This document shows, piece after piece, positions 19,833-28,310 of a DNA stretch of 64,000 nucleotides. Positions within the stretch are counted from its first letter, which is position 1. Each line of letters starts with the position of its first letter. Made by a program: the position numbers and the translations under genes. This stretch comes from Rhodanobacter sp. (GTDB taxonomy: Bacteria > Pseudomonadota > Gammaproteobacteria > Xanthomonadales > Rhodanobacteraceae). The stretch is taken from contig JANJTA010000035.1 in the NCBI GenBank assembly GCA_024711345.1, forward strand, positions 328,170 through 392,169. Direction: 5' to 3'. The notes beneath the pieces are model-generated. The model was not told the origin of the DNA. It did not search any database and saw only the letters and a program-made list of their open reading frames with translations.

Positions 19833-20726
19833 TCACGCGAGCATCTTCTCCACCGGCAGCACGAACATCTCGCGCGCGCCGGCCTTCTTGATTTCTTCCA
19901 GTTGCCGCCAGCTCACCTCGCCGGCGCACAGCGCCTGCAGCATCAGCTGGTCCGGCTGGCCGGCCACCGGCAGCAGGGTCGGCTGCGGGCCGCCCGGCAG
20001 CAGCCGGGTCACCGCTTCCAGCGAATGGCGCGAGGTCTGCAGCAGCAGCAGGCGCGACTCGCGCACCTGGATCACCCCGTCCAGCCGCTTCAGCAGCAAT
20101 TCCAGCAAGTCGCCGCGCTCGTCCGCCGGCAGCGCCTGCGGTCCGGCCAGCACCGCTTCGCTGTGCAGCAGCACGTCGGCCTCGCGCAGCTGGTTGGCCA
20201 CCAGCGTGCCGCCGCTCTGCACCAGGTCGCAGATCGCGTCGGCCGTGCCCAGCTTCGGCGCGATCTCGACCGAACCGGCCAGGGTCACCACGCCGGCGTC
20301 GATGCCCTGCGCGCGCAGCCATTCGCCGAGCAGGCCCGGATACGAGGTGGCGATGCGCCGGCCCTGCAGCTGGCGCGGCTCGCGGTAGTCCAGCTCCTGC
20401 GGCACCGCGATCGACAGCCGGCAACGGCCGAACCCGAGCGGACGCAGTTCGCCCAGCGGTTCGGCGTCGCGCCCCGCGGTGAGCCGGAACTCGTTCAGCA
20501 CGTTGCGCCCGACGATGCCGAGATCACATACGCCCTGCGCGATCAGGCCGGGAATGTCGTCGTCACGCACCAGCAGCAGATCCACCGGCTCGCCCTCGCC
20601 GAAGCAGAACAGCTTGTCGCGGCTCTGGCGGAAAGTGAGTCCGCAGCGGGCCAGCAGCTCCAGCGCGGGCTCGGTAAGCCGCCCGGATTTCTGCATCGCG
20701 ATGCGCAGGCGGTCGCGTGGCTTCAT
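19833..20726 (-). CDS. hisG: ATP phosphoribosyltransferase (long form)
   Basis: ATG 20726 within ORF 19833..21209, giving [29 protein letters not shown], colinear with E. coli HisG; 297 aa. Confidence 0.93.
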   Translation of the reverse strand: MKPRDRLRIAMQKSGRLTEPALELLARCGLTFRQSRDKLFCFGEGEPVDLLLVRDDDIPGLIAQGVCDLGIVGRNVLNEFRLTAGRDAEPLGELRPLGFGRCRLSIAVPQELDYREPRQLQGRRIATSYPGLLGEWLRAQGIDAGVVTLAGSVEIAPKLGTADAICDLVQSGGTLVANQLREADVLLHSEAVLAGPQALPADERGDLLELLLKRLDGVIQVRESRLLLLQTSRHSLEAVTRLLPGGPQPTLLPVAGQPDQLMLQALCAGEVSWRQLEEIKKAGAREMFVLPVEKMLA

Positions 20727-21058
20727 GCCTTCTTCCTCGCGACCTGCGCCTGCCGCCGCGCCGCGCGGGCTGCTGCGGCCAGGTAACCGCCGTTGCCCTG
20801 GTTCAGGTAGCGCGCCACCCGTCCGATGGTGGTGATGCTGACCGCGGTGCGCTCGTGGATCTCCCGGTACGGCACGCCGTCGAGCAGAAACGGCACCACC
20901 CGCCAGCGATCCACCAGTACCTCCAGCTCGGCGGGGGTGCACAGGTCGCCCAGGAAGGCGGCCATCTCCCCGACGTTCTTCAGCGACAGCAGTGCCTCGT
21001 ACAGGCTCTGCTCGGCCGACTCGACAGGGGTTTCTGGATCGCGCGATCGACGTTTCAT
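20723..21058 (-). CDS. YerC/YecD family TrpR-related DNA-binding protein
   Basis: 111 aa with LCTPAELEVLVDRWRV...GVPYREIHERTAVSITTIGRVARYL (TrpR-like HTH). ATGA overlap with hisG. Confidence 0.8.
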   Translation of the reverse strand: MKRRSRDPETPVESAEQSLYEALLSLKNVGEMAAFLGDLCTPAELEVLVDRWRVVPFLLDGVPYREIHERTAVSITTIGRVARYLNQGNGGYLAAAARAARRQAQVARKKA

Positions 21059-21079
21059 AATGTACTAACGCATTAACAC

Positions 21080-21108
21080 AATGTTGCGAATCATACACGG
21101 CATGCGGC
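21080..21108 (-). promoter_or_regulatory. candidate sigma70 promoter of the yerC-his operon
   Basis: Minus strand reads TTGCCG-N17-TATGAT, about 20 nt upstream of the yerC ATG. Pattern match only. Confidence 0.3.
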
Positions 21109-21203
21109 GCTGCGGCAAAGCATTTTTTTGCCAGTGCCGATGCCGCGCATTCAGCAACGGCGAACCAGGCGCCGGCGAAGCATCGACAGATCCCACGGCC
21201 CGG

Positions 21204-21231
21204 AAACAAAAACCCCCGCCGAAGCGGGGGT
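21204..21231 (-). terminator. rho-independent terminator of the THX gene
   Basis: Minus strand reads CCCCCGC-TTCG-GCGGGGG followed by TTTTTGTTTCC, about 30 nt after the stop at 21261. Confidence 0.8.
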
Positions 21232-21260
21232 CTCGCGAAACGGATGCAGCCCGGAACCGA

Positions 21261-21422
21261 TCAGGCCGACTTCTTCTTCGGCGCAGCCTTCTTCGCGGCG
21301 GCCGGCTTGGTCACGGTCGGCTTGGCGCCCACCACGGCCGGCACCACGGCGTGCGCACGGGTGTTGCCATAGCTGCCGCGGTACGTCTTGCCGCGACGGG
21401 TCTTGCGATCGCCCTTGCCCAT
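21261..21422 (-). CDS. 30S ribosomal protein THX
   Basis: 53-aa ORF absent from the track (below its size cut-off): MGKGDRKTRRGKTYRGSYGNTRAHAVVPAVVGAKPTVTKPAAAKKAAPKKKSA. The N-terminus matches Thermus THX (GKGDRRTRRGKIWRGTYG). AAGGAG Shine-Dalgarno 5 nt before the ATG; own terminator. Confidence 0.8.
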   Translation of the reverse strand: MGKGDRKTRRGKTYRGSYGNTRAHAVVPAVVGAKPTVTKPAAAKKAAPKKKSA

Positions 21423-21491
21423 GGGGAACTCCTTGATTTATTGGATGAACGGCCGGTCATCATAGCAGCGTTCGGCGCCGCACGGGGATAG

Positions 21492-22460
21492 TCAGCGCCG
21501 GCCGTGGCCGGCGCAGTCGTCGCCCGCGTCGAGACAACTGCCGGGGTCGATCTGCACGGTCACGTGCTGGATCCCGAAATGCTCCAGCAGCATGCGCTTG
21601 ATGGCCCGCAGGGCCCGCGCACCGTCGGCGCATTCATGCAGCTCGGCATGCACGGTGGCCATGCGCGAACCCGAGGCAAGCTGCCATACGTGCAGATGAT
21701 GGATGTCGCGAATGCCGGGGTCGGCGGTGCGCAGCGACGCTTCCACCAGCGCACTGTCCATGCCGTCGGGCACGCCCTCCAGCAGGATGTGCGCCGACGT
21801 CCGCAGCAGGCGCCATGCGCTGCCCAGGATCAGCAGCGAGATCAGCAGCGACAGCAGCGGATCGGCCCACAGCCAGCCGAACCAGCGGATCGCCAGCGCC
21901 GCCAGCACCGCCGCCAGCGAACCGAGCAGGTCACCCAGCACGTGCAGGCTGGCGCCGGCCAGGTTGACGTCGTCATGCGCATGTCCGTGCAGGGTGCGCA
22001 GCACCAGTGCATTCACCAGCAGCCCCGCGATCGCCACGACCAGCATCACCCCGGACAGGATCTCCCCGGGATGCCGCAGCCGCACGATGGCTTCATAGGC
22101 AATCCAGCCGACCAGCACGAACTGCCCCAGGGCGTTGACGAACCCCGCCAGCACCTCCATCCGGCCATAGCCGTAGCTGCGCCGCGCATCCGCCGGCTTG
22201 GTCGCCATCCATGCGCCGACCACCGCCAGCAGCAGGGCCAGCGCATCGACCGTCATGTGGCCGGCGTCGGCCAGCAATGCCAGCGAACCGGACCAGGCGC
22301 CGCCAGCCACCTCGACCGCCATCATCGCGGTAGTCAGCACGAACGCAAACGCCAGCTTGCGGCGGCGGCTGCCGGAGATGGCGGTCAGATCGTGCGCATG
22401 GGCGTGGTCGTGATCGACGTGGCGGGCGTGCTCGTGTCGATGGACGTGGGTGCCGTTCAT
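21492..22460 (-). CDS. cation diffusion facilitator (CDF) family metal transporter (CzcD/ZitB-like)
   Basis: 322 aa. His-rich N-terminus HVHRHEHARHVDHDHAHAHD, six TM segments, HxxxD motifs (LLADAGHMTVD, LHVLGD), C-terminal cytoplasmic domain. Confidence 0.9.
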   Translation of the reverse strand: MNGTHVHRHEHARHVDHDHAHAHDLTAISGSRRRKLAFAFVLTTAMMAVEVAGGAWSGSLALLADAGHMTVDALALLLAVVGAWMATKPADARRSYGYGRMEVLAGFVNALGQFVLVGWIAYEAIVRLRHPGEILSGVMLVVAIAGLLVNALVLRTLHGHAHDDVNLAGASLHVLGDLLGSLAAVLAALAIRWFGWLWADPLLSLLISLLILGSAWRLLRTSAHILLEGVPDGMDSALVEASLRTADPGIRDIHHLHVWQLASGSRMATVHAELHECADGARALRAIKRMLLEHFGIQHVTVQIDPGSCLDAGDDCAGHGRR

Positions 22461-22505
22461 GCGCGCATGCTAGGAACGGCTGGTGCCGTTACACAATCAC
22501 CACGT

Positions 22506-22958
22506 TCAGTGCGCGCAGCACTGCCGGCCGTGCACGTGGATGGCGCTGTTGCGGCTGTCCAGCCGCAGATTGACGAAATGCGCGCCCGCCAGCAGCAGGC
22601 CGCCGCAGGTCACCAGCACACTGTGCAGGATCGGCGCAGGGCCGTTGATGTAGATGACGCCAAGCAGCAGCAGGGCCAGTCCCGGCACCGCCAAGCGCAA
22701 TGGCAACGAACGCTGGTGCCGGCGATACCCGCGCACCAGCACGAACGACGCCAGCACGCAGGCCAGCAGCACGAAAGCCCGCTCGAATCGGTGATCGGCC
22801 AGGAACTGCAGGCCGACCAGCGGCAGCAGCGCGAGCACGAAGGGCAGCAGCGCGCAGTGGATCGCACACAGGAACGATGCCATGGCGCCGACGCGATCGG
22901 CGGCATGCCACCAGCGGGATTTGTTCGCCTGCTCGGAATCCATCGTCGTGCCCGGCAC
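22506..22958 (-). CDS. MerC-family membrane protein (metal permease-like)
   Basis: 150 aa (GTG 22958; alternative ATG 22943). Four hydrophobic helices, CAIHC in TM1, C-terminal HVHGRQCCAH. Confidence 0.7.
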   Translation of the reverse strand: MPGTTMDSEQANKSRWWHAADRVGAMASFLCAIHCALLPFVLALLPLVGLQFLADHRFERAFVLLACVLASFVLVRGYRRHQRSLPLRLAVPGLALLLLGVIYINGPAPILHSVLVTCGGLLLAGAHFVNLRLDSRNSAIHVHGRQCCAH

Positions 22959-22995
22959 CGCCAGGGGTGGCGGCTCAATATCCGGCTGGATGGGA

Positions 22996-23010
22996 TGTTA
23001 CATTATAACA
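22996..23010. promoter_or_regulatory. Zur box
   Basis: TGTTACATTATAACA versus the gammaproteobacterial Zur core TGTTATA-N-TATAACA (14/15). It lies between the zur stop and the merC-like start. Confidence 0.6.
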
Positions 23011-23038
23011 CTGCCGAACGCCATACCCGGCCGCCGGG

Positions 23039-23548
23039 TCAGCCCTTGCGGCAATGGCGGCAGGTGCCGTGCACTTCCAGCGTCTGCGCCTGCGGGCGGA
23101 AGCCGAACGCCTTGGCCTGCGCCTCGATCAGCTCGGCGACCCGCTCGTCGCAGACCTCCTGGGCGCTGGCGCAGGTATCGCAGATCAGGAACGGCACCTG
23201 ATGCGCCTCGGCCGGGTGGTGGCAGGAGACGAAGGCATTGATGGATTCCAGCTTGTGGATGAAACCGTTCTCGAGCAGGAAGTCCAGTGCGCGGTAGACC
23301 GTGGGCGGCGCCGCGTTGCCGTGCCTCTCGCGCAGCTGGTCGAGCAGGTCGTAGGCCTTGACCGGCTTGTGCGCGGCTGCGATCAGCTCCAGCACTTCCT
23401 TGCGCAGCGGGGTCAGGCGCAGGCCGCGCTCCTCGCTGGCATGCTCCACGGCGCGCACGAAACCCTTGGCGTCATGATGATGCGGGTGGCTCGGGTGCGG
23501 GTTGCGGGCGGTGTCATGGTTCAAGCGGTTCACCTCGTACCGGATCAT
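23039..23548 (-). CDS. zur: zinc uptake regulator, Fur family
   Basis: ATG 23548 (the ORF extends to a GTG at 23557). His-rich N-terminus, winged-helix RLTPLRKEVLELI...PPTVYRALDFL, metal sites HHPAEAH, CDTC, CRHC. Confidence 0.85.
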   Translation of the reverse strand: MIRYEVNRLNHDTARNPHPSHPHHHDAKGFVRAVEHASEERGLRLTPLRKEVLELIAAAHKPVKAYDLLDQLRERHGNAAPPTVYRALDFLLENGFIHKLESINAFVSCHHPAEAHQVPFLICDTCASAQEVCDERVAELIEAQAKAFGFRPQAQTLEVHGTCRHCRKG

Positions 23549-23579
23549 ACACTGCACCCGTCACGCCGGCGGCAAGGCG

Positions 23580-23858
23580 TCAGCGCGGCAAGGGCGGCGG
23601 CCGCGGCGGCGGTTCGCGGCGGGTTCGCAGCAGGAGCACGATCCAGCCGATCGGCCCCAGCACCCATGCCCATACGATTCCTTCGAACAGGCGCCCGCGC
23701 CACCAGCCCAGCAGCGCGCCCACTGCGACGAACAGCAGGCTCCACCAGAACAAGGCCGCCCACGGCAGCATGTTCCACAGGTTGAAGAAGATCTGCCAGA
23801 ACGCGCCCGGCGCGTCGGGATCGACGCCGTGGGTGGCCCTGGCCAGCAGCTCGTCCAT
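23580..23858 (-). CDS. small membrane protein, function unknown
   Basis: 92 aa. Two or three Trp-rich hydrophobic helices and a Pro/Arg-rich tail. GC3-rich coding pattern. Confidence 0.5.
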   Translation of the reverse strand: MDELLARATHGVDPDAPGAFWQIFFNLWNMLPWAALFWWSLLFVAVGALLGWWRGRLFEGIVWAWVLGPIGWIVLLLRTRREPPPRPPPLPR

Positions 23859-23893
23859 GCCGGCTTCAGCGCGTCATCGGCATGGCCACAGAC

Positions 23894-25294
23894 TCACCCT
23901 TGCGCCATCGCCGCCGCGGCGGCGAGGCGCTTGAGCGCTTCGGCGCGGCCGGTCAGGTAGATCGTATGCTCGATCGAGGGCGAGACCTGGGTGCCGGTCA
24001 TCGCCACCCGCAGCGGCTGGGCCACCTTGCCCATGCCCAGTTCCAGCTCCGCGGCGATCTGCTCGATGACCTGGTGGATCGGCTCCGGTTTCCACTCGCA
24101 GCCGGCCAGCCGCGATGTTGCGGCATCGAGCACGGCGACCGCGCTGTCGTTCTTCAGGTGCTTGGCCACCGCCTTGTCGTCCCAGTCGGCGATCGGGCCG
24201 TACCAGATCTTCGCCCGCTCGGCCATTTCCTTCAGCGTGTGCACGCGGTCGCGCAAGGCCACGATCACGTCGACCGGCGCCGGGCCATGCGACGCGTCGA
24301 CGCCGGCGCGCTGCAGGTGCCACTCGAACTCGGCGGCCAGCGCCTGCGGCTCATCGGTCTTCAGGTAGTGCTGGTTGAGCCAGGCCAGCTTCTCGGTGTC
24401 GAAGCGCGAGGCGGCCTTGTTGACGTCGGCGATGTCGAACAACGCGATCATCTCCTCGCGCGAGAAGATCTCCTGGTCGCCGTGCGACCAGCCGAGGCGC
24501 ACCAGGTAGTTCAGGATCGCATGCGGCAGGAAGCCCTCGGCGCGGTACTCCATCACGCTGACCGAGTTGGTGCGCTTGGAGAGCTTCTTGCCCTCCTTGT
24601 CCAGGATCATCGGCAGGTGCGCGAATTCCGGCACCGGCGCGCCGAGCGCGTGGTAGATGTTGATCTGCCGCGGCGTGTTGTTGACGTGGTCGTCGCCGCG
24701 GATCACCTCGGTGATGCCCATGTCGATGTCGTCGACCACCACCGCGAAGTTGTAGGTGGGCCAGCCGTCGGAGCGGAAGATCACCAGGTCGTCCAGCTCG
24801 CTGTTGGCGATCTCGATGCGGCCCTTCACCTTGTCCTCGAACACCACCGAGCCTTCCGTCGGATTGCGGAAGCGGATCACGCGATTCGGGTCGTCGCGGA
24901 AAGGTTCGTTGCGGTCGCGGTAGTAACCGTTGTAGCGCGGCTTTTCGCCCGCCTTCATGGCCGCCTCGCGCATCGCCTCGATCTCTTCCTTGCTCTCGTA
25001 GGCGTAGTAGGCCTTGCCGGCGGCGACCAGCTCGTCGGCGACCTGCCTGTATCGCGCCAGCCGCTGGGTCTGGTAGAACGGACCCTCGTCGGCGTCGAGG
25101 TCGAGCCAGTGCATGGCGTCGAGGATCGCCTGCACCGCCGCGTCGGTGGAGCGCTCGCGGTCGGTGTCCTCGATGCGCAGGATGAACTGGCCGCCGCGCC
25201 GGCGTGCCTCCAGCCAGCAGTACAGCGCGGTGCGTGCCCCGCCGATGTGCAGGAAACCGGTGGGGCTGGGGGCGAAGCGGGTGCGGACGGTCAT
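23894..25294 (-). CDS. gltX: glutamate--tRNA ligase
   Basis: 466 aa with class I HIGH (PTGFLHIGG) and KMSKS-type (KLSKR) motifs. Confidence 0.95.
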   Translation of the reverse strand: MTVRTRFAPSPTGFLHIGGARTALYCWLEARRRGGQFILRIEDTDRERSTDAAVQAILDAMHWLDLDADEGPFYQTQRLARYRQVADELVAAGKAYYAYESKEEIEAMREAAMKAGEKPRYNGYYRDRNEPFRDDPNRVIRFRNPTEGSVVFEDKVKGRIEIANSELDDLVIFRSDGWPTYNFAVVVDDIDMGITEVIRGDDHVNNTPRQINIYHALGAPVPEFAHLPMILDKEGKKLSKRTNSVSVMEYRAEGFLPHAILNYLVRLGWSHGDQEIFSREEMIALFDIADVNKAASRFDTEKLAWLNQHYLKTDEPQALAAEFEWHLQRAGVDASHGPAPVDVIVALRDRVHTLKEMAERAKIWYGPIADWDDKAVAKHLKNDSAVAVLDAATSRLAGCEWKPEPIHQVIEQIAAELELGMGKVAQPLRVAMTGTQVSPSIEHTIYLTGRAEALKRLAAAAAMAQG

Positions 25295-25348
25295 GGGAAT
25301 CGTGGCGATGGATGAAACGCCAATTTTAGCCGATGACCGGCCGCAGGT

Positions 25349-25672
25349 TTACGGTTGGCCGGGAATCTCGCAGGCCCACTGCCGGCAGATTTCCACATTC
25401 GGATTCGAGGCAAACGGATCGAGCTGCCGGTGACCCCAGTGGCCCTGCTGAAACGGCACCATGGCGGCGGATTGGCCGTCGTAGTCGATCCGCGGCGTGT
25501 CGCTGGCCTCCTTCGGGGCCGGCAGCAGCACATACCGCACCTGGAATACCGGCTGGTGCGAAGGCAACTGCGCCTGTGTCTGTGCTTGCGCAGACGCCGC
25601 CTGCGGCACGGGAACGCCGGCCCACACCGCACCCGGCAAGATCAACGCCAGGATGAACAGCGTGCGTTTCAT
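25349..25672 (-). CDS. small secreted protein, function unknown
   Basis: ATG 25672 within ORF 25349..25858. The signal peptide MKRTLFILALILPGAVWA is followed by 89 residues containing His/Trp and a CRQWAC pair. Confidence 0.5.
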   Translation of the reverse strand: MKRTLFILALILPGAVWAGVPVPQAASAQAQTQAQLPSHQPVFQVRYVLLPAPKEASDTPRIDYDGQSAAMVPFQQGHWGHRQLDPFASNPNVEICRQWACEIPGQP

Positions 25673-25763
25673 CGACCACCTCCGCAGGAGGAATTCGGTC
25701 CGCCTCGCCTTCGATAGTACGCTCACCACGCCCGCCGCCGTCATCCGGCCATGGAATGCAGAC

Positions 25764-26549
25764 ATGGAATCCCATCGACCAGGCCACCGCCATGCCCTGC
25801 CTGCACTAGCTACCCTCTTGGCGCTCGCGTCGCCCCTCGCTGCGCGTGCCGACGGCAACCCCGGCTACGACCGCCCCGGCCTCGGCTTCACGCCCGCCGT
25901 GCTGCAGGCGGGCGACTTCACCTGGGAGCAAGGCCTGCCCGACGCCAGCCGCGACCGCAGCGAAGGCGTCAACAGCACGCAGTACGGCGCCGATACGCTG
26001 CTGCGGCTGGGCTTGGGCGGGCCGTTCGAACTGCAGCTCGGCAGCTCGCCCTACAACTATCGACGGCAGACCGGCACAGGCGGGCACTACCGCAGCCACG
26101 GCCGCGGCGACAGCATGCTCGGAATGAAATTCGCCCTGCCCGCGTCCGGCGCCTTCAGCTGGGGCCTGCTCGGCAGCGTGGAGTTCACCGACGGCGCGCG
26201 GGATTTCCGCAACCCGCGCCGCCAATGCCTGCTCGGCGCCGACTTCAACTGGCAATGGAGTGCGCGCAACACCGCCGCGCTGTACCTGGAGAACGTGCGC
26301 AGCGGCGGCCGCGACAGCCGCCTGCTCGCCGCCAACGACGGCTACGCGCTCACGCCCGCGCTCAACGGCTTCATCGAAATCGCGCTGCAGGACGACGCCG
26401 ACGGCGGCCACGGCGGCCGCGCCGGCGCGGGGCTGGCGTGGATGGTCACGCCGCGCGTGCAGCTGGATGCCAGCGCACGCCACCGCCTCGGCGGCCGCGC
26501 CCCCGAGTGGGAGGCGGGCTTGGGGGTATCGGTGTACTTCGGCCGCTGA
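25764..26549 (+). CDS. putative outer-membrane beta-barrel protein (MetA-pathway/transporter-family-like)
   Basis: ATG 25764 within ORF 25497..26549. Signal peptide ending ARA|DG, alternating beta-strand pattern with Gly/aromatic residues, ends GLGVSVYFGR. Confidence 0.55.
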   Translation: MESHRPGHRHALPALATLLALASPLAARADGNPGYDRPGLGFTPAVLQAGDFTWEQGLPDASRDRSEGVNSTQYGADTLLRLGLGGPFELQLGSSPYNYRRQTGTGGHYRSHGRGDSMLGMKFALPASGAFSWGLLGSVEFTDGARDFRNPRRQCLLGADFNWQWSARNTAALYLENVRSGGRDSRLLAANDGYALTPALNGFIEIALQDDADGGHGGRAGAGLAWMVTPRVQLDASARHRLGGRAPEWEAGLGVSVYFGR

Positions 26550-26570
26550 GCACGCGGCCGAAGCGGAAGC

Positions 26571-27005
26571 TCACTTCACGTGGATGGTGATCTTCTTCGA
26601 CACCACGGCCGGCTCGAACGGCACGTGGTTCTGATCGCCCAGTTCCAGCTGCAGGGTGTGCTTGCCCGGCTTCAGCTTCAGCGTGGTTTCGGTCTGGCCG
26701 CCGCCGAAGTGGATGTGCTGCTCGTCCTTCGGAATCGGCTGGCCGGCCGGCGGCAGCTCCTTCACGTCGACCAACAGGTGGTGGTGGCCGGTGTGTTCCT
26801 TGGCCACGCCGGCCGGCGCCACGCCCATGCCCTTGAGACCGAAGCGCACGGTGACTTCGTGGCCCACGGTGGCGCCATCGACGGGCGAGATGATGTAGAC
26901 CTCGGCACCTGCGGGCGCCTGGGTGACCGGCAGGCCGGGGGCATCGGCAGCCAGCGCGGTGTTGGTCAGTGCGGCCAGGACAAGGGCGAGCAGGATGCGT
27001 TTCAT
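26571..27005 (-). CDS. DUF4399 domain-containing periplasmic protein
   Basis: ATG 27005. Signal peptide [19 protein letters not shown] and His cluster KEHTGHHHLLVD typical of DUF4399. Confidence 0.65.
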   Translation of the reverse strand: MKRILLALVLAALTNTALAADAPGLPVTQAPAGAEVYIISPVDGATVGHEVTVRFGLKGMGVAPAGVAKEHTGHHHLLVDVKELPPAGQPIPKDEQHIHFGGGQTETTLKLKPGKHTLQLELGDQNHVPFEPAVVSKKITIHVK

Positions 27006-27149
27006 CGTCGGTCTCCAGCGGGAAAGGATGCCCCAGTGTAAGCGTTGCGGCGGCGGCAAGGCACCGGCGCGTCACCGCGGCGTCATGCCCCCGCCATGCC
27101 GCCGCAACGCGAGCCGGCGAAGCTGCGCGCAGCCAGCACGGGCATCGTC

Positions 27150-28310
27150 ATGCGCATCGGCATCGTCAGCGAGACCTATCCACCGGAGATCAACGGCGTC
27201 GCGCTGACCGTGCACAGCCTCGCCGCCGGACTCGCCGCCCGCGGCCATTGCATCGACCTGATCCGGCCGCGCCAGCCGCAGCCGCACGGCGACGAAGCCG
27301 GCATCGAGGTGCTCGAACTGCGCGGCGGCGCACTGCCCCGTTACCCGGGCCTGCGCTTCGGCCTGCCCGCCGGACGCACGCTGCGGCGGCACTGGTCGCG
27401 GCAGCGTCCCGATGCGGTCTATGTGGCCACCGAGGGTCCGCTCGGCTGGTCGGCCGTGCGCACCGCCAGGCAGCTGGACATTCCGCTCAGCAGCGGCTTC
27501 CACACCCGCTTCGACAGCTACGCCAACCATTACGGCGTGGGCCTGCTCACGCCGCTGGTGCGCGGTTACCTGCGCCGTTTCCACCAGCGCGCCGCCGCCA
27601 CGCTGGTGCCGACCGACGCGCTCGCACGGGAACTGCACGCCATGGGCATCACCAATACGCGTCTGCTGCGCCGCGCCGTCGATACGCAGCTGTTCCATCC
27701 GAGCCGCCGCGACATGGCCTTGCGAGCCGAGTGGGGTGTGGACGGCGCCACGCCGGTGCTGCTGTACGTGGGGCGCATCGCGCCGGAGAAGAATCTCGAT
27801 CTGGCGGTACGAAGCTTTCGCGCGATCCGGCAGCGGCTGCCGCAGGCGCGCTACGTGTGGGTCGGCGACGGTCCGGCCCGCGACGCACTGCAGGCTGCCA
27901 ACCCGGACTTCATCTTCGCCGGCGTGCAACGCGGCGAGGCGCTGGCGCGGCACTACGCCAGCGCGGATCTGTTCCCGTTCCCTAGCCTCAGCGAGACCTT
28001 CGGCAACGTGATCATCGAGGCGCTGGCCGCCGGCCTGCCGGTGGTGGCGTACGCCGAAGGCGCCGCGCGCGAGCACCTGGTCGATGGCGTCAACGGTTGC
28101 CGCATCGCCGCGGGCGACGAGGCGGCCTTCATCGACGCCACGCTGCGGCTGGCCTGCAACCCGGCGCTGATCCGGCACATGGGCCGCGCGGCGCATGCCG
28201 GCGTGGCGGGGCTGTCGCCGGAGGCGGTGATCCGCGACTTCGAGAACCTGTTGCGCGAGATGGCCGAGGAGAACCTGCATGCACACGCCTCCGTCGCTGC
28301 CCCGCTCTGA
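27150..28310 (+). CDS. glycosyltransferase family 4 (GT-B, group 1)
   Basis: ATG 27150 within ORF 27045..28310. Starts MRIGIVSETYPPEINGVALTV; C-terminal EX7E-type region (SETFGNVIIEALAAGLPVV). Confidence 0.85.
   Translation: MRIGIVSETYPPEINGVALTVHSLAAGLAARGHCIDLIRPRQPQPHGDEAGIEVLELRGGALPRYPGLRFGLPAGRTLRRHWSRQRPDAVYVATEGPLGWSAVRTARQLDIPLSSGFHTRFDSYANHYGVGLLTPLVRGYLRRFHQRAAATLVPTDALARELHAMGITNTRLLRRAVDTQLFHPSRRDMALRAEWGVDGATPVLLYVGRIAPEKNLDLAVRSFRAIRQRLPQARYVWVGDGPARDALQAANPDFIFAGVQRGEALARHYASADLFPFPSLSETFGNVIIEALAAGLPVVAYAEGAAREHLVDGVNGCRIAAGDEAAFIDATLRLACNPALIRHMGRAAHAGVAGLSPEAVIRDFENLLREMAEENLHAHASVAAPL

Noticed and set aside
21059-21260. Histidine leader peptide or attenuator upstream of the his operon.
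   Set aside because: No short ORF with consecutive His codons. The only strong hairpin is the terminator of the upstream THX gene.
22506-22958. The MerC-family gene as part of a mercury-resistance operon or transposon.
   Set aside because: No merR, merT, merP, merA or transposition genes are present. The context is zur plus a CDF transporter, with a Zur box upstream.
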